Below the pieces are notes generated by a model. The model was not told the origin of the DNA, did no database searches, and was given only the letters and a program-made list of their open reading frames with translations. Made by a program: the position numbers and the translations under genes. A stretch of DNA of 51,469 nt from Parasporobacterium sp. (GTDB taxonomy: Bacteria; Bacillota; Clostridia; Lachnospirales; Lachnospiraceae), in assembly GCA_017515535.1 (NCBI GenBank), contig JAFWFQ010000031.1, positions 1 through 51,469 of the forward strand, given 5' to 3'. Each line of letters begins with the position of its first letter. The first letter of the stretch is position 1. This document shows positions 1 through 9,145 of the stretch, piece by piece.

Positions 1-331
1 AATAATATGAAATATCCACGATAACGGCGGTGCCTTTCGCAATGACAAAGAGAGACTCATTGCCCGGTCCGCAAAAGTGATATTCTGTTTCCGCGCCGAT
101 AATGGCATTTGCGCCGAGAGCTTCTGCCTGAGTAACGAGTTTGCTGAAAGCGGCAGATGTGCCTTCGATAAAACAATTGTCAAATTCTTCCGGCGTCATT
201 TCCGAGATATTCTTTGAATTCGTACCTCTGAGTCCGCCTAAGTGTCCACCGATAAATGCCTGACCTGTCAGGACTTTTTTGTATTTTACGATTCGTTGTC
301 CTTCAATACTATTTGTTGTAGTTGTAACCAT
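1..331 (-). CDS. YbjQ/UPF0145-family protein (C-terminus beyond window edge)
   Basis: Absent from the ORF track because it runs off the window. Reverse-strand ATG at 331 is preceded by AGGAAGGAG (rc of 338-346). Translation MVTTTTNSIEGQRIVKYKKVLTGQAFIGGHLGGLRG...AEALGANAIIGAETEYHFCGPGNESLFVIAKGTAVIV resembles YbjQ-like proteins as I recall them. Confidence 0.7.
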   Translation of the reverse strand, partial: MVTTTTNSIEGQRIVKYKKVLTGQAFIGGHLGGLRGTNSKNISEMTPEEFDNCFIEGTSAAFSKLVTQAEALGANAIIGAETEYHFCGPGNESLFVIAKGTAVIVDISYY

Positions 332-416
332 AAACTGCTCCTTCCTGAATATATGATACGGCAATTCCTATCCTAATAGCATATATTGTATATCCATTTT
401 CCAGAAAACAAAAGGA

Positions 417-1262
417 TTAATCTTCGGTAAGGATATCCATTTTCTTTTTACGACGAAGGTAAATATACCAATAAGGCAATCCGACGCAGATCGCACCGCC
501 GATGATATTTCCGATCGTTACCGGAAGTAAGTTGCCGATGAACATTTTTCCAGCTGTGATCGAACTCAGATCAACACCGGCAGCAATTGCTGCATCCGCG
601 AATGCAGGAACTGCTTTTGCAAAAAGGCCTGCGAACAGATAATACATATTGGCAACACTATGTTCAAATCCGCAAAGCACGAACATCAGGATAGGGAAGA
701 AGAGACCGGCGATCTTACCTACAATATCTTTTGCAGCGAATGAGATCCAGACCGCAATGCAGACCAGGAAGTTACAAAGGATTCCCTTGATGAGTGCATC
801 GCCGAAGGATATGCTGCACTTAGCTGCAGCAGTAGAAAGAACCGAGACTGCAACACCATTGTCAAACAGCGCGACCTGATGGCTGAAAACAATTCCGGCC
901 GCCAGAAGAATACTTCCTACAAAGTTTCCGATATAAACAAGTACTAAATTTTTGATCACGCCCTTCAAGGATACCGCTTTTTCAAGCCACGGAACGATCA
1001 AAAGACAGTTTCCGGTAAACAATTCGGAACCGGCGAGCAGCACCATGGTAAGACCACCCGGGAAAACGATCGCACCCAGAAATTTACCAAGTGATGCAGG
1101 CTTAACTGCCACAGCGACTGTTGTTGACGCGATTCCTCCGATAGCAATAAACAATCCTGCTAAAATTGCAAGAACAATTAATTTCATTGCCGGAGTAGTT
1201 ACTTTGCTCTTACCAATCTGGATATAGTTTTGAGCGACGTCAGCAGGTGAAAAGAAATTCAT
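417..1262 (-). CDS. formate/nitrite transporter (FNT) family channel
   Basis: Track ORF 417..1280. Polytopic sequence has FNT-like features (FFSPADVAQNY..., GSELFTGN, FEHSVANMYY). I prefer the ATG at 1262 (MNFFSP) because GGAGG lies about 8 nt upstream of it. Confidence 0.85.
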   Translation of the reverse strand: MNFFSPADVAQNYIQIGKSKVTTPAMKLIVLAILAGLFIAIGGIASTTVAVAVKPASLGKFLGAIVFPGGLTMVLLAGSELFTGNCLLIVPWLEKAVSLKGVIKNLVLVYIGNFVGSILLAAGIVFSHQVALFDNGVAVSVLSTAAAKCSISFGDALIKGILCNFLVCIAVWISFAAKDIVGKIAGLFFPILMFVLCGFEHSVANMYYLFAGLFAKAVPAFADAAIAAGVDLSSITAGKMFIGNLLPVTIGNIIGGAICVGLPYWYIYLRRKKKMDILTED

Positions 1263-1427
1263 AATACCATCCTCCTTCAAATTCTACATAAACATCAAGA
1301 GGTATTTTAAGCAATCTTCATAAAAATATCTTGTAAGATATTCGATTATTTGTGAATTTTATTAAGAAACGAGAGATGAATCAGAATTGTTTTTCACTCT
1401 GATATTCTTTGTGTGTATACCGGAGAT

Positions 1428-2510
1428 TTACAGGACTGTTTGAATCGTGCCGCCTCCGACGACGGTCTCCCCGTCATAAAGAACGACCGCCTGGCCTTTT
1501 GTGATCGCCCGCTGGGGCTCTTCAAAGTCGACCCGGATCGTATCTTCTCCGGTCTGGACGACGGTTGCCCATTGTTCTTTCTGGCGATAACGGACTTTGG
1601 CTTTCAGGCGCATCGGTTCTTTGATCTCCGGAACAGAGATCAGGTTAATATCCGATGCGGTCAGACTATTTGAAAAGAGATCCTCGTTTTTCCCTAAGAT
1701 GACCCGGTTTCCTTCCAGGTCGAGACGGCAGACGTAGACCGGCTCCGGAACGGCAAGTCCGAGGCCTTTTCTCTGGCCGATCGTATAGTGGATGATTCCC
1801 TTATGACGGCCCATGATATTTCCGCTTTGATCGACAAAGTCTCCTTCCGGAAATGTCCGGCCGGAATACTGCTCGATGAATGATGCATAATCTCCGTCCG
1901 GGACAAAACAGATATCCTGGCTGTCGCGTTTATCCGCATTTAGAAATCCCTGACTTTCCGCGATTTTCCGGACTTCCGATTTAGAATAGGTTCCAAGAGG
2001 AAAGCAGGTATGAGAAAGCTGTTCCTGTGTCAGGGAGTAGAGGACATAACTTTGATCTTTTGTTTCATCGACTGCTTTTTTCAGCTCATAACGTCCGGTG
2101 TCCGGATTCTTTTCGATCCGGGCATAATGACCCGTTACGAGACGGTCGAAAGACAGTTCCTTCGCTTTCAGGAATAACTGGTCAAATTTCAGATACCGGT
2201 TACAGTCAATACAGGGATTCGGAGTTGCCCCTGTCTCGTAGGCGTTTACAAACCGCTTGATCACACAGTCTTCGAACCGGCCGGTAAAATTGAATACATA
2301 AAACGGGATGCCCAGACGAAAGGCAACACTTCTTGCGTCTTCAGCATCATCAAGAGAACAGCAGGTACGGTCGCCAACCTTTGAAGGGTCGCTGTTTTCA
2401 AACAGTTTCATCATAACACCGGTACAGTCATAGCCGGCTTTTTTCATAAGATACGCGGAAACGGAAGAATCAACGCCGCCGCTCATTGCGATCAATGCTT
2501 TCTTGTTCAT
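1428..2510 (-). CDS. mnmA: tRNA 2-thiouridine(34) synthase MnmA
   Basis: Track ORF 1428..2516. It has the PP-loop SGGVDSS, CCSLDDAEDA and DSQDICF motifs. The second ATG (2510) has an AGGA about 5 nt upstream, while the ATG at 2516 has no spacer. Confidence 0.9.
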   Translation of the reverse strand: MNKKALIAMSGGVDSSVSAYLMKKAGYDCTGVMMKLFENSDPSKVGDRTCCSLDDAEDARSVAFRLGIPFYVFNFTGRFEDCVIKRFVNAYETGATPNPCIDCNRYLKFDQLFLKAKELSFDRLVTGHYARIEKNPDTGRYELKKAVDETKDQSYVLYSLTQEQLSHTCFPLGTYSKSEVRKIAESQGFLNADKRDSQDICFVPDGDYASFIEQYSGRTFPEGDFVDQSGNIMGRHKGIIHYTIGQRKGLGLAVPEPVYVCRLDLEGNRVILGKNEDLFSNSLTASDINLISVPEIKEPMRLKAKVRYRQKEQWATVVQTGEDTIRVDFEEPQRAITKGQAVVLYDGETVVGGGTIQTVL

Positions 2511-2512
2511 AA

Positions 2513-3907
2513 TCATCCTACTTTTTCATCTGTAACAAGATTTACCGCCCATTTTCTTGATTTTAACATAAAGAAACCAATAATACATTTTATGATTTCA
2601 ATTGCGTTTACCAGGATAAAGACAACGACGATCGGGAGATCTGTATACCGGGTTAGAACAAAGGCGGCCGGAACATAAGCGACCCAGATCAGGAAGCTGT
2701 CAAAGATAAACGTAATGATCGTTTTCCCTCCCGTCCGCAGAGTAAAGTAACAGCAGTGGGTATACGAAAAAAGCGGCAGGAAACAGGACGTGACATACAG
2801 GAAGCTTACCGCATAAGCTTTTACCCCTTCGGTCGTATTATATATATTTACGATCAGCGGGGCGATAAGGGCAAGGATTCCGCCGAGAACGATACACATG
2901 ACAAGAGAAAGCAGGATGATCTGCTTATCTTCTTTAATCGCATCTTCGATCTCGCCGGCACCGAGTTTCTGGCCGATCATGATCGAGATCGCGGCACCGG
3001 TCGCAAACAGAGCACTGAAAAAAAGATTGCTGATCGTCGAAGAAATATTGGTTGCGGAAACGATCTCTAAGCCGCGGACGGAATAACACTGGTTCTGCAT
3101 CGCCATCCCTGCAGACCATAGAACCTCATTTACGAGAAGCGGGGTTCCTTTTTTGGCAACTTCTTTGATCAGCTTTGCCGGAATTTTAAACGATTGATAG
3201 AGTCCGGCAAAAAACGGAAACTTATCTTTCCTGGAATGGGTATAGATGATCAGGATCACACATTCCACAAAACGGGCGATCACAGTCGCAATTGCGGCGC
3301 CTTCCGCTCCGAGCGCCGGCAGACCGAGTTTTCCGAAGATCAGGATATAATTCCCGACCAGATTGACCGCAACCGCGATCATGCTGGCTTTCATAGGAAA
3401 AACCGTATCGTTGGTTTCTCTCAGAGAACTTGCATAAACCTGCGACAGGGAAAACGGGAGAAGCTGGAGCATCATAATATGAAGGTAATTGAAGCTATGG
3501 GTAAACGTAGCCTCAAGGTCAAGCGCTTCGGTTCCTTCATGAAGGAACGCATTGATCAGCATTCTTCCGCCGAACAGGAAGACAAGCACAAAAAGGATCG
3601 TAGCGATTACTGCGACAAAAAGCTTGATCCGAATCGTATTCGTTACGCCTTGATTGTCCCGCTTTCCGTAAAACTGCGCCGTATAGATTCCGGCTCCTGC
3701 AAGACCTCCGAAAATACAGAGGTTAAAGACGAAGAGGAGCTGGTTTGCGATCGCAACACCGGACATCGGTTCCGTTCCGACCTGGCCGACCATGATATTG
3801 TCGAGAAGACTGACGAACATCGTGATCACATTCTGGAGAAGGACAGGAGCCATGACGGCAAAGACCCGTTTATAAAACTGTTTTGTCCCGATATAATCCT
3901 TGAGCAT
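2513..3907 (-). CDS. MATE family efflux transporter
   Basis: 464-aa 12-TM-like protein. The N-terminus (FYKRVFAVMAPVLLQNVITMFVSLLDNIMVGQVG) is typical of MATE/NorM-type exporters. Confidence 0.85.
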   Translation of the reverse strand: MLKDYIGTKQFYKRVFAVMAPVLLQNVITMFVSLLDNIMVGQVGTEPMSGVAIANQLLFVFNLCIFGGLAGAGIYTAQFYGKRDNQGVTNTIRIKLFVAVIATILFVLVFLFGGRMLINAFLHEGTEALDLEATFTHSFNYLHIMMLQLLPFSLSQVYASSLRETNDTVFPMKASMIAVAVNLVGNYILIFGKLGLPALGAEGAAIATVIARFVECVILIIYTHSRKDKFPFFAGLYQSFKIPAKLIKEVAKKGTPLLVNEVLWSAGMAMQNQCYSVRGLEIVSATNISSTISNLFFSALFATGAAISIMIGQKLGAGEIEDAIKEDKQIILLSLVMCIVLGGILALIAPLIVNIYNTTEGVKAYAVSFLYVTSCFLPLFSYTHCCYFTLRTGGKTIITFIFDSFLIWVAYVPAAFVLTRYTDLPIVVVFILVNAIEIIKCIIGFFMLKSRKWAVNLVTDEKVG

Positions 3908-4025
3908 GGTTTCAGTTATAACATAATAAAGAAAAAAAGCAACTGGAGATTATGCGCTTGATAACGTATAATAATATTACCCCGAAACGGGCTGTTTCAG
4001 GCGGATAAATCGTCAATTCTGATAA

Positions 4026-4054
4026 TTGAATGTATGCCCCGCCTATGTTATGCT
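4026..4054 (+). promoter_or_regulatory. candidate sigma-A promoter for glyA (TTGAAT-17-TATGCT)
   Basis: TTGAAT at 4026-4031, a 17-nt spacer, then TATGCT at 4049-4054, about 50 nt upstream of the glyA ATG. Pattern match only. Confidence 0.3.
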
Positions 4055-4104
4055 TTAATTCTCTAAAACATGAAATCTACAGCCAATAAGGAAGGACAAC
4101 ACCT

Positions 4105-5358
4105 ATGTATTCCTATAGCAAACTATTAAATGCAGATCCGGAAGTTGCGGCAGCGATCAGAGGAGAAGTTGACCGCGAAAATTCCCATCTGGAAATGATT
4201 GCCTCGGAAAACTTTGTCAGCGAGGCAGTTATGAGTGCACTTGGATCTCAGTTCACGAATAAATACGCGGAAGGATATCCGGGGGACCGCTATTATGGCG
4301 GCTGCCAGTATGCGGATATCGTTGAAAATCTTGCAAGAGACAGAGCAAAAAAACTGTTCGGATGTGAGTATGTCAATGTACAGCCCCATGCCGGAAGTCA
4401 GGCAAATACCGCAGTCCAGTTCGCGCTTTTGAAACCGGAGGATATGATCCTCGGAATGACATTAGATGCGGGCGGTCACTTAAGCCATGGATGCAAGGCA
4501 AATATTTCCGGTAAGTATTTTCAGGTCGCCGGATACGGTGTCGATGAAAACGGCTATATTGACTATGATGAGATCTTAAAGATCGCGAAGGAGACCAGAC
4601 CGAAACTGATCATTTCCGGAGCGAGTGCTTATCCCCGGAAAATCGACTTTCAGAAATTCCGTGAGATCGCGGACGAAGTCGGGGCATATCTGCTCGCTGA
4701 TATCGCGCATATCTCCGGTCTTGTTGTTGCCGGGGAACATATGAGCCCAATCCCGTATGCCCATGTGACCACAAGCACGACTCATAAAACACTTCGCGGT
4801 CCGCGTGGCGGAATGATCATGTCTTCGGATGCATTCGCGAAAGATCACAAGATCGACAAAGCGATCTTCCCGGGACTCCAGGGTGGTCCGCTTGTGCATG
4901 TTATCGCGGCAAAAGCTGTTTGTTACGGCGAGGCTCTGAAACCGGAATTTAAAACCTACGCAAAGAACGTGATCGCGAATGCACAGGCACTTTCAAGCGG
5001 ACTTATGGACCGGGGGATCAAGATCTTTACCGGAGGAACAGATAACCATCTGATGCTGGTTGATTTAAGACCGCTCGGTGTAAGCGGAAAAGAAGCAGAA
5101 GATGAACTTGACGAGGCAGGAATCACCTGCAATAAAAACGCGATCCCGAATGATACCTCTTCGAAGACAATTACTGGCGGAATCCGGTTAGGAACCGCAG
5201 CGCTTACGACCAGGGGACTCGGGACAGCAGATATGGAAACGATCGCGGAGGCGATCCGCCTTGTTGTCGTTGAGAGAACAGCGGCTTCAAAAGCGAAAGC
5301 AAAAGCCATGATCGGGGAATTGACAGAAAAATACCCACTTTATGAAAACGTGGAGTAG
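4105..5358 (+). CDS. glyA: serine hydroxymethyltransferase
   Basis: 417 aa with hallmark SHMT segments (ELIASENF-like [10 protein letters not shown], the [18 protein letters not shown]-lysine region, [12 protein letters not shown]). AAGGAAGGA RBS lies upstream. Confidence 0.95.
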   Translation: MYSYSKLLNADPEVAAAIRGEVDRENSHLEMIASENFVSEAVMSALGSQFTNKYAEGYPGDRYYGGCQYADIVENLARDRAKKLFGCEYVNVQPHAGSQANTAVQFALLKPEDMILGMTLDAGGHLSHGCKANISGKYFQVAGYGVDENGYIDYDEILKIAKETRPKLIISGASAYPRKIDFQKFREIADEVGAYLLADIAHISGLVVAGEHMSPIPYAHVTTSTTHKTLRGPRGGMIMSSDAFAKDHKIDKAIFPGLQGGPLVHVIAAKAVCYGEALKPEFKTYAKNVIANAQALSSGLMDRGIKIFTGGTDNHLMLVDLRPLGVSGKEAEDELDEAGITCNKNAIPNDTSSKTITGGIRLGTAALTTRGLGTADMETIAEAIRLVVVERTAASKAKAKAMIGELTEKYPLYENVE

Positions 5359-5379
5359 CTTTGTCTGATACAGAGAAAT

Positions 5380-5409
5380 AACCGGCCGGAAGTGAGGAGC
5401 CGACCGGTT
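5380..5409 (+). other. stem-loop between glyA and purE (no U-tract)
   Basis: AACCGGCCGG (5380-5389) pairs with CCGACCGGTT (5400-5409) in 9 of 10 positions. It is followed directly by the purE SD AGGAGG (5411-5416). Confidence 0.4.
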
Positions 5410-5425
5410 CAGGAGGATGAATACA

Positions 5426-5920
5426 ATGAAAAAAGTCGGTATCGTTATGGGCAGCGACAGCGATTTACCTGTCGTTTCCAAAGCCATTGATACATTAAAA
5501 GAATTCGGCGTACCGTTCGAGGTACATATCTATTCCGCACACAGAACGCCAAAAGAAGCTGCCGCATTTGCGTCCGGAGCCAGAGAAAACGGCTTTGGTG
5601 CAATTATTGCAGCGGCCGGAATGGCGGCACATCTTGCGGGGGCAATTGCGGCTCAGACAACGATCCCGGTCATCGGGATCCCGTGCAGCAGCAGTAACCT
5701 CGAAGGACTTGATGCGCTGCTGTCGACGGTTCAAATGCCTTCCGGAATCCCGGTAGCGACCGTTGCGGTAAACGGTGCGGCGAATGCGGCGCTGCTTGCA
5801 ATCCAGATCCTGGGCGTAGAGGACGTATCTCTTGCGGAGAAACTGGATGCAAAAAGAGCGGCAGATGCCGCAAAGGTCCTTGCAAAAGATGCAGGGATAA
5901 TGGAAAAAATAGAATCTTAA
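5426..5920 (+). CDS. purE: 5-(carboxyamino)imidazole ribonucleotide mutase, class I PurE-like
   Basis: Track ORF 5417..5920. AGGAGG abuts the first ATG, so the second ATG (5426, MKKVGIVMGSDSD) is better spaced. Motifs GSDSD, SAHRTP and AGMAAHLAG match class I PurE. Confidence 0.9.
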   Translation: MKKVGIVMGSDSDLPVVSKAIDTLKEFGVPFEVHIYSAHRTPKEAAAFASGARENGFGAIIAAAGMAAHLAGAIAAQTTIPVIGIPCSSSNLEGLDALLSTVQMPSGIPVATVAVNGAANAALLAIQILGVEDVSLAEKLDAKRAADAAKVLAKDAGIMEKIES

Positions 5921-5931
5921 GAACTGCTTTT

Positions 5932-5964
5932 TTACGTCGGGACCCTAAGGTGTTCCCGACGTAA
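5932..5964 (+). other. perfect 11-bp stem-loop between purE and purF
   Basis: TTACGTCGGGA (5932-5942) and TCCCGACGTAA (5954-5964) flank an 11-nt loop. There is no downstream T-run on either strand. Confidence 0.4.
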
Positions 5965-5996
5965 ATCGTGAATAAACAGAAAAAGGAAAACAGATT

Positions 5997-7421
5997 ATGG
6001 GTGGATTTTTTGGAATTACATCAAAAGAAGATTGCTTGAACGAAGTTTTTTTCGGAGTGGATTACCATTCTCATCTCGGAACAAAGACCGGTGGAATTGC
6101 AGTATATGACAAGGAAATCGGACTTCAGCGCCAGATCCATAAGATCGTGAATTCTCCGTTCCGTACGAAGTTTGAGCATGTGTTCGAAGACATGCAGGGA
6201 ACTTCTGCGATCGGATGCATTAATGACGGGGATCCTCAGCCGCTGCTTGTCCGGTCCGGACTCGGAGTCTTTGCAATCTGCTTTATCGGCGTGATCAGCA
6301 ACGCGCAGGAGCTGATCGAAAAGCATATGTTTGAGGTCGGCGGCCATTACGAAGCGATGACCGGAGGAAAGATCAATACAACAGAACTGGTTGCAGCGCT
6401 GATCAACCAGAAGAAGTCATTTGCCGAAGGGATCCGTTACGCGCAGGGACTGATCGAGGGAACCGCCTCGATCCTGATCCTGAAAGAGGATGGTCATCTG
6501 ATCGCGGCAAGAGATTTTCTCGGACGGCTTCCTATTCTGATCGGAAAAGGACCGGAAGGACATGCAGTTTCTTTTGAATCCTTTGCGTACCAGAAGTTCG
6601 GCTTTGAGGATGAAAAGGAACTCGGACCTGCCGAAATCGTAGAGGTCACGCCGGATGAGATCATCCAGCTTGCGCCGCCCGAAAAGAAGAAACGGATCTG
6701 TGCCTTCCTTTGGAGCTATTATGGATATCCGACATCGACCTATGAAGGGGTCAATGTAGAAGTCATGCGTTACCGTAACGGCGCGATCATGGCCAGAAAT
6801 GACGCGGAGAAGAAAAACGCGGAAGACGTAGATTATGTCGGAGGTGTTCCGGATTCCGGAACTCCGCATGCGATCGGATATGCGAATGAGAGCGGAAAGA
6901 CTTTCGCAAGAGCATTTATCAAGTATACGCCGACCTGGTCGAGAAGTTTTATGCCGACCAACCAGAAGGCAAGAAATGAAGTTGCGAAAATGAAGCAGAT
7001 CCCGGTCAAGGAACTGATTCGTGATAAGAGCCTTCTTTTCGTAGATGACTCGATCGTAAGAGGAACGCAGCTTCAGGAAACCGTCGACTTTCTTTATGCG
7101 AACGGAGCAAAGGCTGTCCATATGAGAAGTGCGTGCCCGCCGCTGATGTATGCCTGCAAATACCTCAGTTTTACCAGAACACAGAGTGATCTTGAGTTGA
7201 TCACCAGAAGAGTGATCCTGGAACTTGAAGGGGAAGAGGGGCTGAACCATATTGAAGAATACAGCGACGGAAATACGGAAAGAGGAAAGAAGTTAAGAGA
7301 AACGATTTGTGAAAAATTCCATTTTGCTTCCCTGGAATTCCAGTCTTTGGACGGAATTATTGAAGCAATCGGAATCGATCCTTGTGAACTATGTACTTAT
7401 TGCTGGAGCGGAAAGGAATAA
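5997..7421 (+). CDS. purF: amidophosphoribosyltransferase-like protein (PurF family, atypical Ntn domain)
   Basis: 474 aa. The PRTase half is canonical (GVPDSGTPHAIGYA, LLFVDDSIVRGTQ) and Cys residues sit at the recalled Fe-S ligand positions (ICAF, YACKY, CTYC). The N-terminus reads MGGFFG instead of MCG. See finding. Confidence 0.85.
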   Translation: MGGFFGITSKEDCLNEVFFGVDYHSHLGTKTGGIAVYDKEIGLQRQIHKIVNSPFRTKFEHVFEDMQGTSAIGCINDGDPQPLLVRSGLGVFAICFIGVISNAQELIEKHMFEVGGHYEAMTGGKINTTELVAALINQKKSFAEGIRYAQGLIEGTASILILKEDGHLIAARDFLGRLPILIGKGPEGHAVSFESFAYQKFGFEDEKELGPAEIVEVTPDEIIQLAPPEKKKRICAFLWSYYGYPTSTYEGVNVEVMRYRNGAIMARNDAEKKNAEDVDYVGGVPDSGTPHAIGYANESGKTFARAFIKYTPTWSRSFMPTNQKARNEVAKMKQIPVKELIRDKSLLFVDDSIVRGTQLQETVDFLYANGAKAVHMRSACPPLMYACKYLSFTRTQSDLELITRRVILELEGEEGLNHIEEYSDGNTERGKKLRETICEKFHFASLEFQSLDGIIEAIGIDPCELCTYCWSGKE

Positions 7422-7424
7422 TCG

Positions 7425-8468
7425 ATGAATACTGAATCAAGATCGGAAGCTTATGCACAGGCCGGCGTTGATATCACGGCCGGATATAAAGCGGTAGAGC
7501 TGATGAAGCAGCATATCGCGAGAACCATGACAGCAGGGGTCTGTTCTGATGTCGGAGGGTTCGGAGGACTTTTTGAGTTGGACCTTACGGGGATCACCAA
7601 ACCGGTCCTGGTCTCCGGAACCGACGGAGTCGGAACAAAGCTTAAGCTGGCCTTTTTACTGGACAAACATGATACCGTCGGAATTGACTGTGTTGCGATG
7701 TGTGTCAATGATATTATTTGTGTCGGAGCGAAACCGCTGTTCTTTCTGGATTATATTGCCTGCGGTAAAAATGTCCCGGAGCGGATCGCCGAGATCGTAA
7801 AAGGCGTTGCGGAAGGCTGCGTCCAGTCCGGAGCAGCCCTGATCGGAGGGGAAACGGCGGAAATGCCGGGCTTCTATCCGGAAGATGAATACGACCTTGC
7901 CGGCTATAGCACGGGCGTTGTTGATAAGGAAAAGATTATAGACAATAAAACAATGAAGCCGGGAGATATCGTAGTTGCGCTTCCTTCAAGCGGCGTTCAC
8001 TCCAATGGATTCTCATTGGTCCGGAAGGTATTTGATGTGGAAAGATCCGATATCAAATCCCCTTGCGCGGAACTTGGAGGAAAATCGATCGGAGAGACGC
8101 TCCTTACTCCGACAAAAATCTATGTCAAACCGGTCCTTGCTTTACTGGATCAGGTTACGGTCAAAGGAATCTCCCATATCACCGGCGGCGGATTCTACGA
8201 GAATATCCCGCGGAGCATCCCGGACGGACTCGGGGCAAAGATAGAGAAGAAGGCGGTAAGGATCCTGCCGATCTTTGATCTTCTTGCAAAGACCGGAGGG
8301 ATCAGCGAACGTGATATGTTCAATACCTATAACATGGGTGTCGGCATGAGTATCGTTGTGCCGAAAGAAGAGGCGGACAAAGCAGTTGAAGTCCTGAAAG
8401 CAAACGGAGAGGATGCTTATATCATTGGTGAAATTGCTTCCTCCGGGACGAAGATCCAGATCAGCTAG
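7425..8468 (+). CDS. purM: phosphoribosylformylglycinamidine cyclo-ligase (AIR synthetase)
   Basis: 347 aa with [26 protein letters not shown] and GGETAEMPG motifs. Confidence 0.95.
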   Translation: MNTESRSEAYAQAGVDITAGYKAVELMKQHIARTMTAGVCSDVGGFGGLFELDLTGITKPVLVSGTDGVGTKLKLAFLLDKHDTVGIDCVAMCVNDIICVGAKPLFFLDYIACGKNVPERIAEIVKGVAEGCVQSGAALIGGETAEMPGFYPEDEYDLAGYSTGVVDKEKIIDNKTMKPGDIVVALPSSGVHSNGFSLVRKVFDVERSDIKSPCAELGGKSIGETLLTPTKIYVKPVLALLDQVTVKGISHITGGGFYENIPRSIPDGLGAKIEKKAVRILPIFDLLAKTGGISERDMFNTYNMGVGMSIVVPKEEADKAVEVLKANGEDAYIIGEIASSGTKIQIS

Positions 8469-8482
8469 GGGAGGAGTGCGAT

Positions 8483-9097
8483 TTGACCGAAAAGAAAGCA
8501 AAGGTAGCCGTTCTTGTATCCGGCGGCGGAACCAACCTTCAGGCGATCATTGATGCGGAAAAAAACGGAACGATCCGGTCCGGGACCGTTTCGCTTGTTG
8601 TATCAAATAATGAGAATGCCTATGCATTGACACGCGCCGCAAATGCCGGGATCGAGACGGCTGTCCTTCTCAGGAAATTATTCGAAAGCAGCGAGGCATT
8701 TGAACAGGCACTGATCCGGACATTGGAAGAGAAGGGAATTGACCTGATCGTCCTTGCCGGCTTTATGACGATCTTAAGCGAGCGTTTTACGACCCGCTTC
8801 CGAAACAGAATTATTAATGTCCATCCATCCCTGATCCCGTCTTTCTGCGGTCAGGGATTTTATGGGTTGAAGGTCCATGAGGAGGCTCTGAAAAAAGGAG
8901 TGAAAGTTACCGGAGCAACGGTCCATTTTGTAAATGAGATCCCGGACGGAGGCGAGATCATTTTCCAAAAAGCTGTTGAAGTCCTTCCGGGCGATACTCC
9001 CGAGACCCTCCAGAAAAGAGTTATGGAACAGGCAGAATGGATCCTTCTTCCGGCTGCCGTAGAGGAGATATCAAAAAGGATCTGCACGGAAGAATAA
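8483..9097 (+). CDS. purN: phosphoribosylglycinamide formyltransferase
   Basis: 204 aa with a TTG start per the track. VLVSGGGTNLQAIID, LAGFM and NVHPSLIP motifs. Confidence 0.9.
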   Translation: MTEKKAKVAVLVSGGGTNLQAIIDAEKNGTIRSGTVSLVVSNNENAYALTRAANAGIETAVLLRKLFESSEAFEQALIRTLEEKGIDLIVLAGFMTILSERFTTRFRNRIINVHPSLIPSFCGQGFYGLKVHEEALKKGVKVTGATVHFVNEIPDGGEIIFQKAVEVLPGDTPETLQKRVMEQAEWILLPAAVEEISKRICTEE

Positions 9098-9145
9098 AAT
9101 AAGGCAGATATAATTTTGACAGAGTGTTAAGAAAAGAGGGCGAAT

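Noticed and set aside
3908-4104. Possible riboswitch (ZTP/pfl, THF or purine) or T-box in the 197-nt MATE-glyA divergent region and ahead of the pur genes.
   Set aside because: I found small hairpins (CCCG-AAA-CGGG; AGGCGG...CCGCCT). I did not find the ZTP core elements I recall (an ACTGGCG-like 5' part and the CCGCCTGGGC 3' part). No purine-riboswitch three-way junction or T-box specifier/T-box sequence is present either. The glyA-purE gap is too short for any of these. A covariance-model scan (Rfam/Infernal) would settle it.
5417-5425. First ATG (5417) as the purE start.
   Set aside because: The AGGAGG (5411-5416) abuts this codon with zero spacer. The ATG at 5426 has a 9-nt spacer and yields the usual MKKVGIVMGSDSD N-terminus.
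6417-7250. Long antisense ORFs inside well-supported genes. Examples: 6417-7250(-) 277 aa in purF, 41031-41903(-) 290 aa in the GT8 gene, 28676-29527(+) 283 aa in the GH36 gene, 38493-39290(-), 20332-21129(-), 10573-11148(-), 19422-20051(-), 49893-50507(-).
   Set aside because: For the four I checked (6417-7250, 41031-41903, 28676-29527, 38493-39290) the antisense frame is codon-aligned with the sense gene. There, stops can arise only from sense TTA, CTA or TCA codons, which this genome evidently avoids. Their translations are low-complexity (R/I/D/F/S-rich) with no recognisable motifs, no SD and no independent terminators. I treat them as by-products of codon usage.
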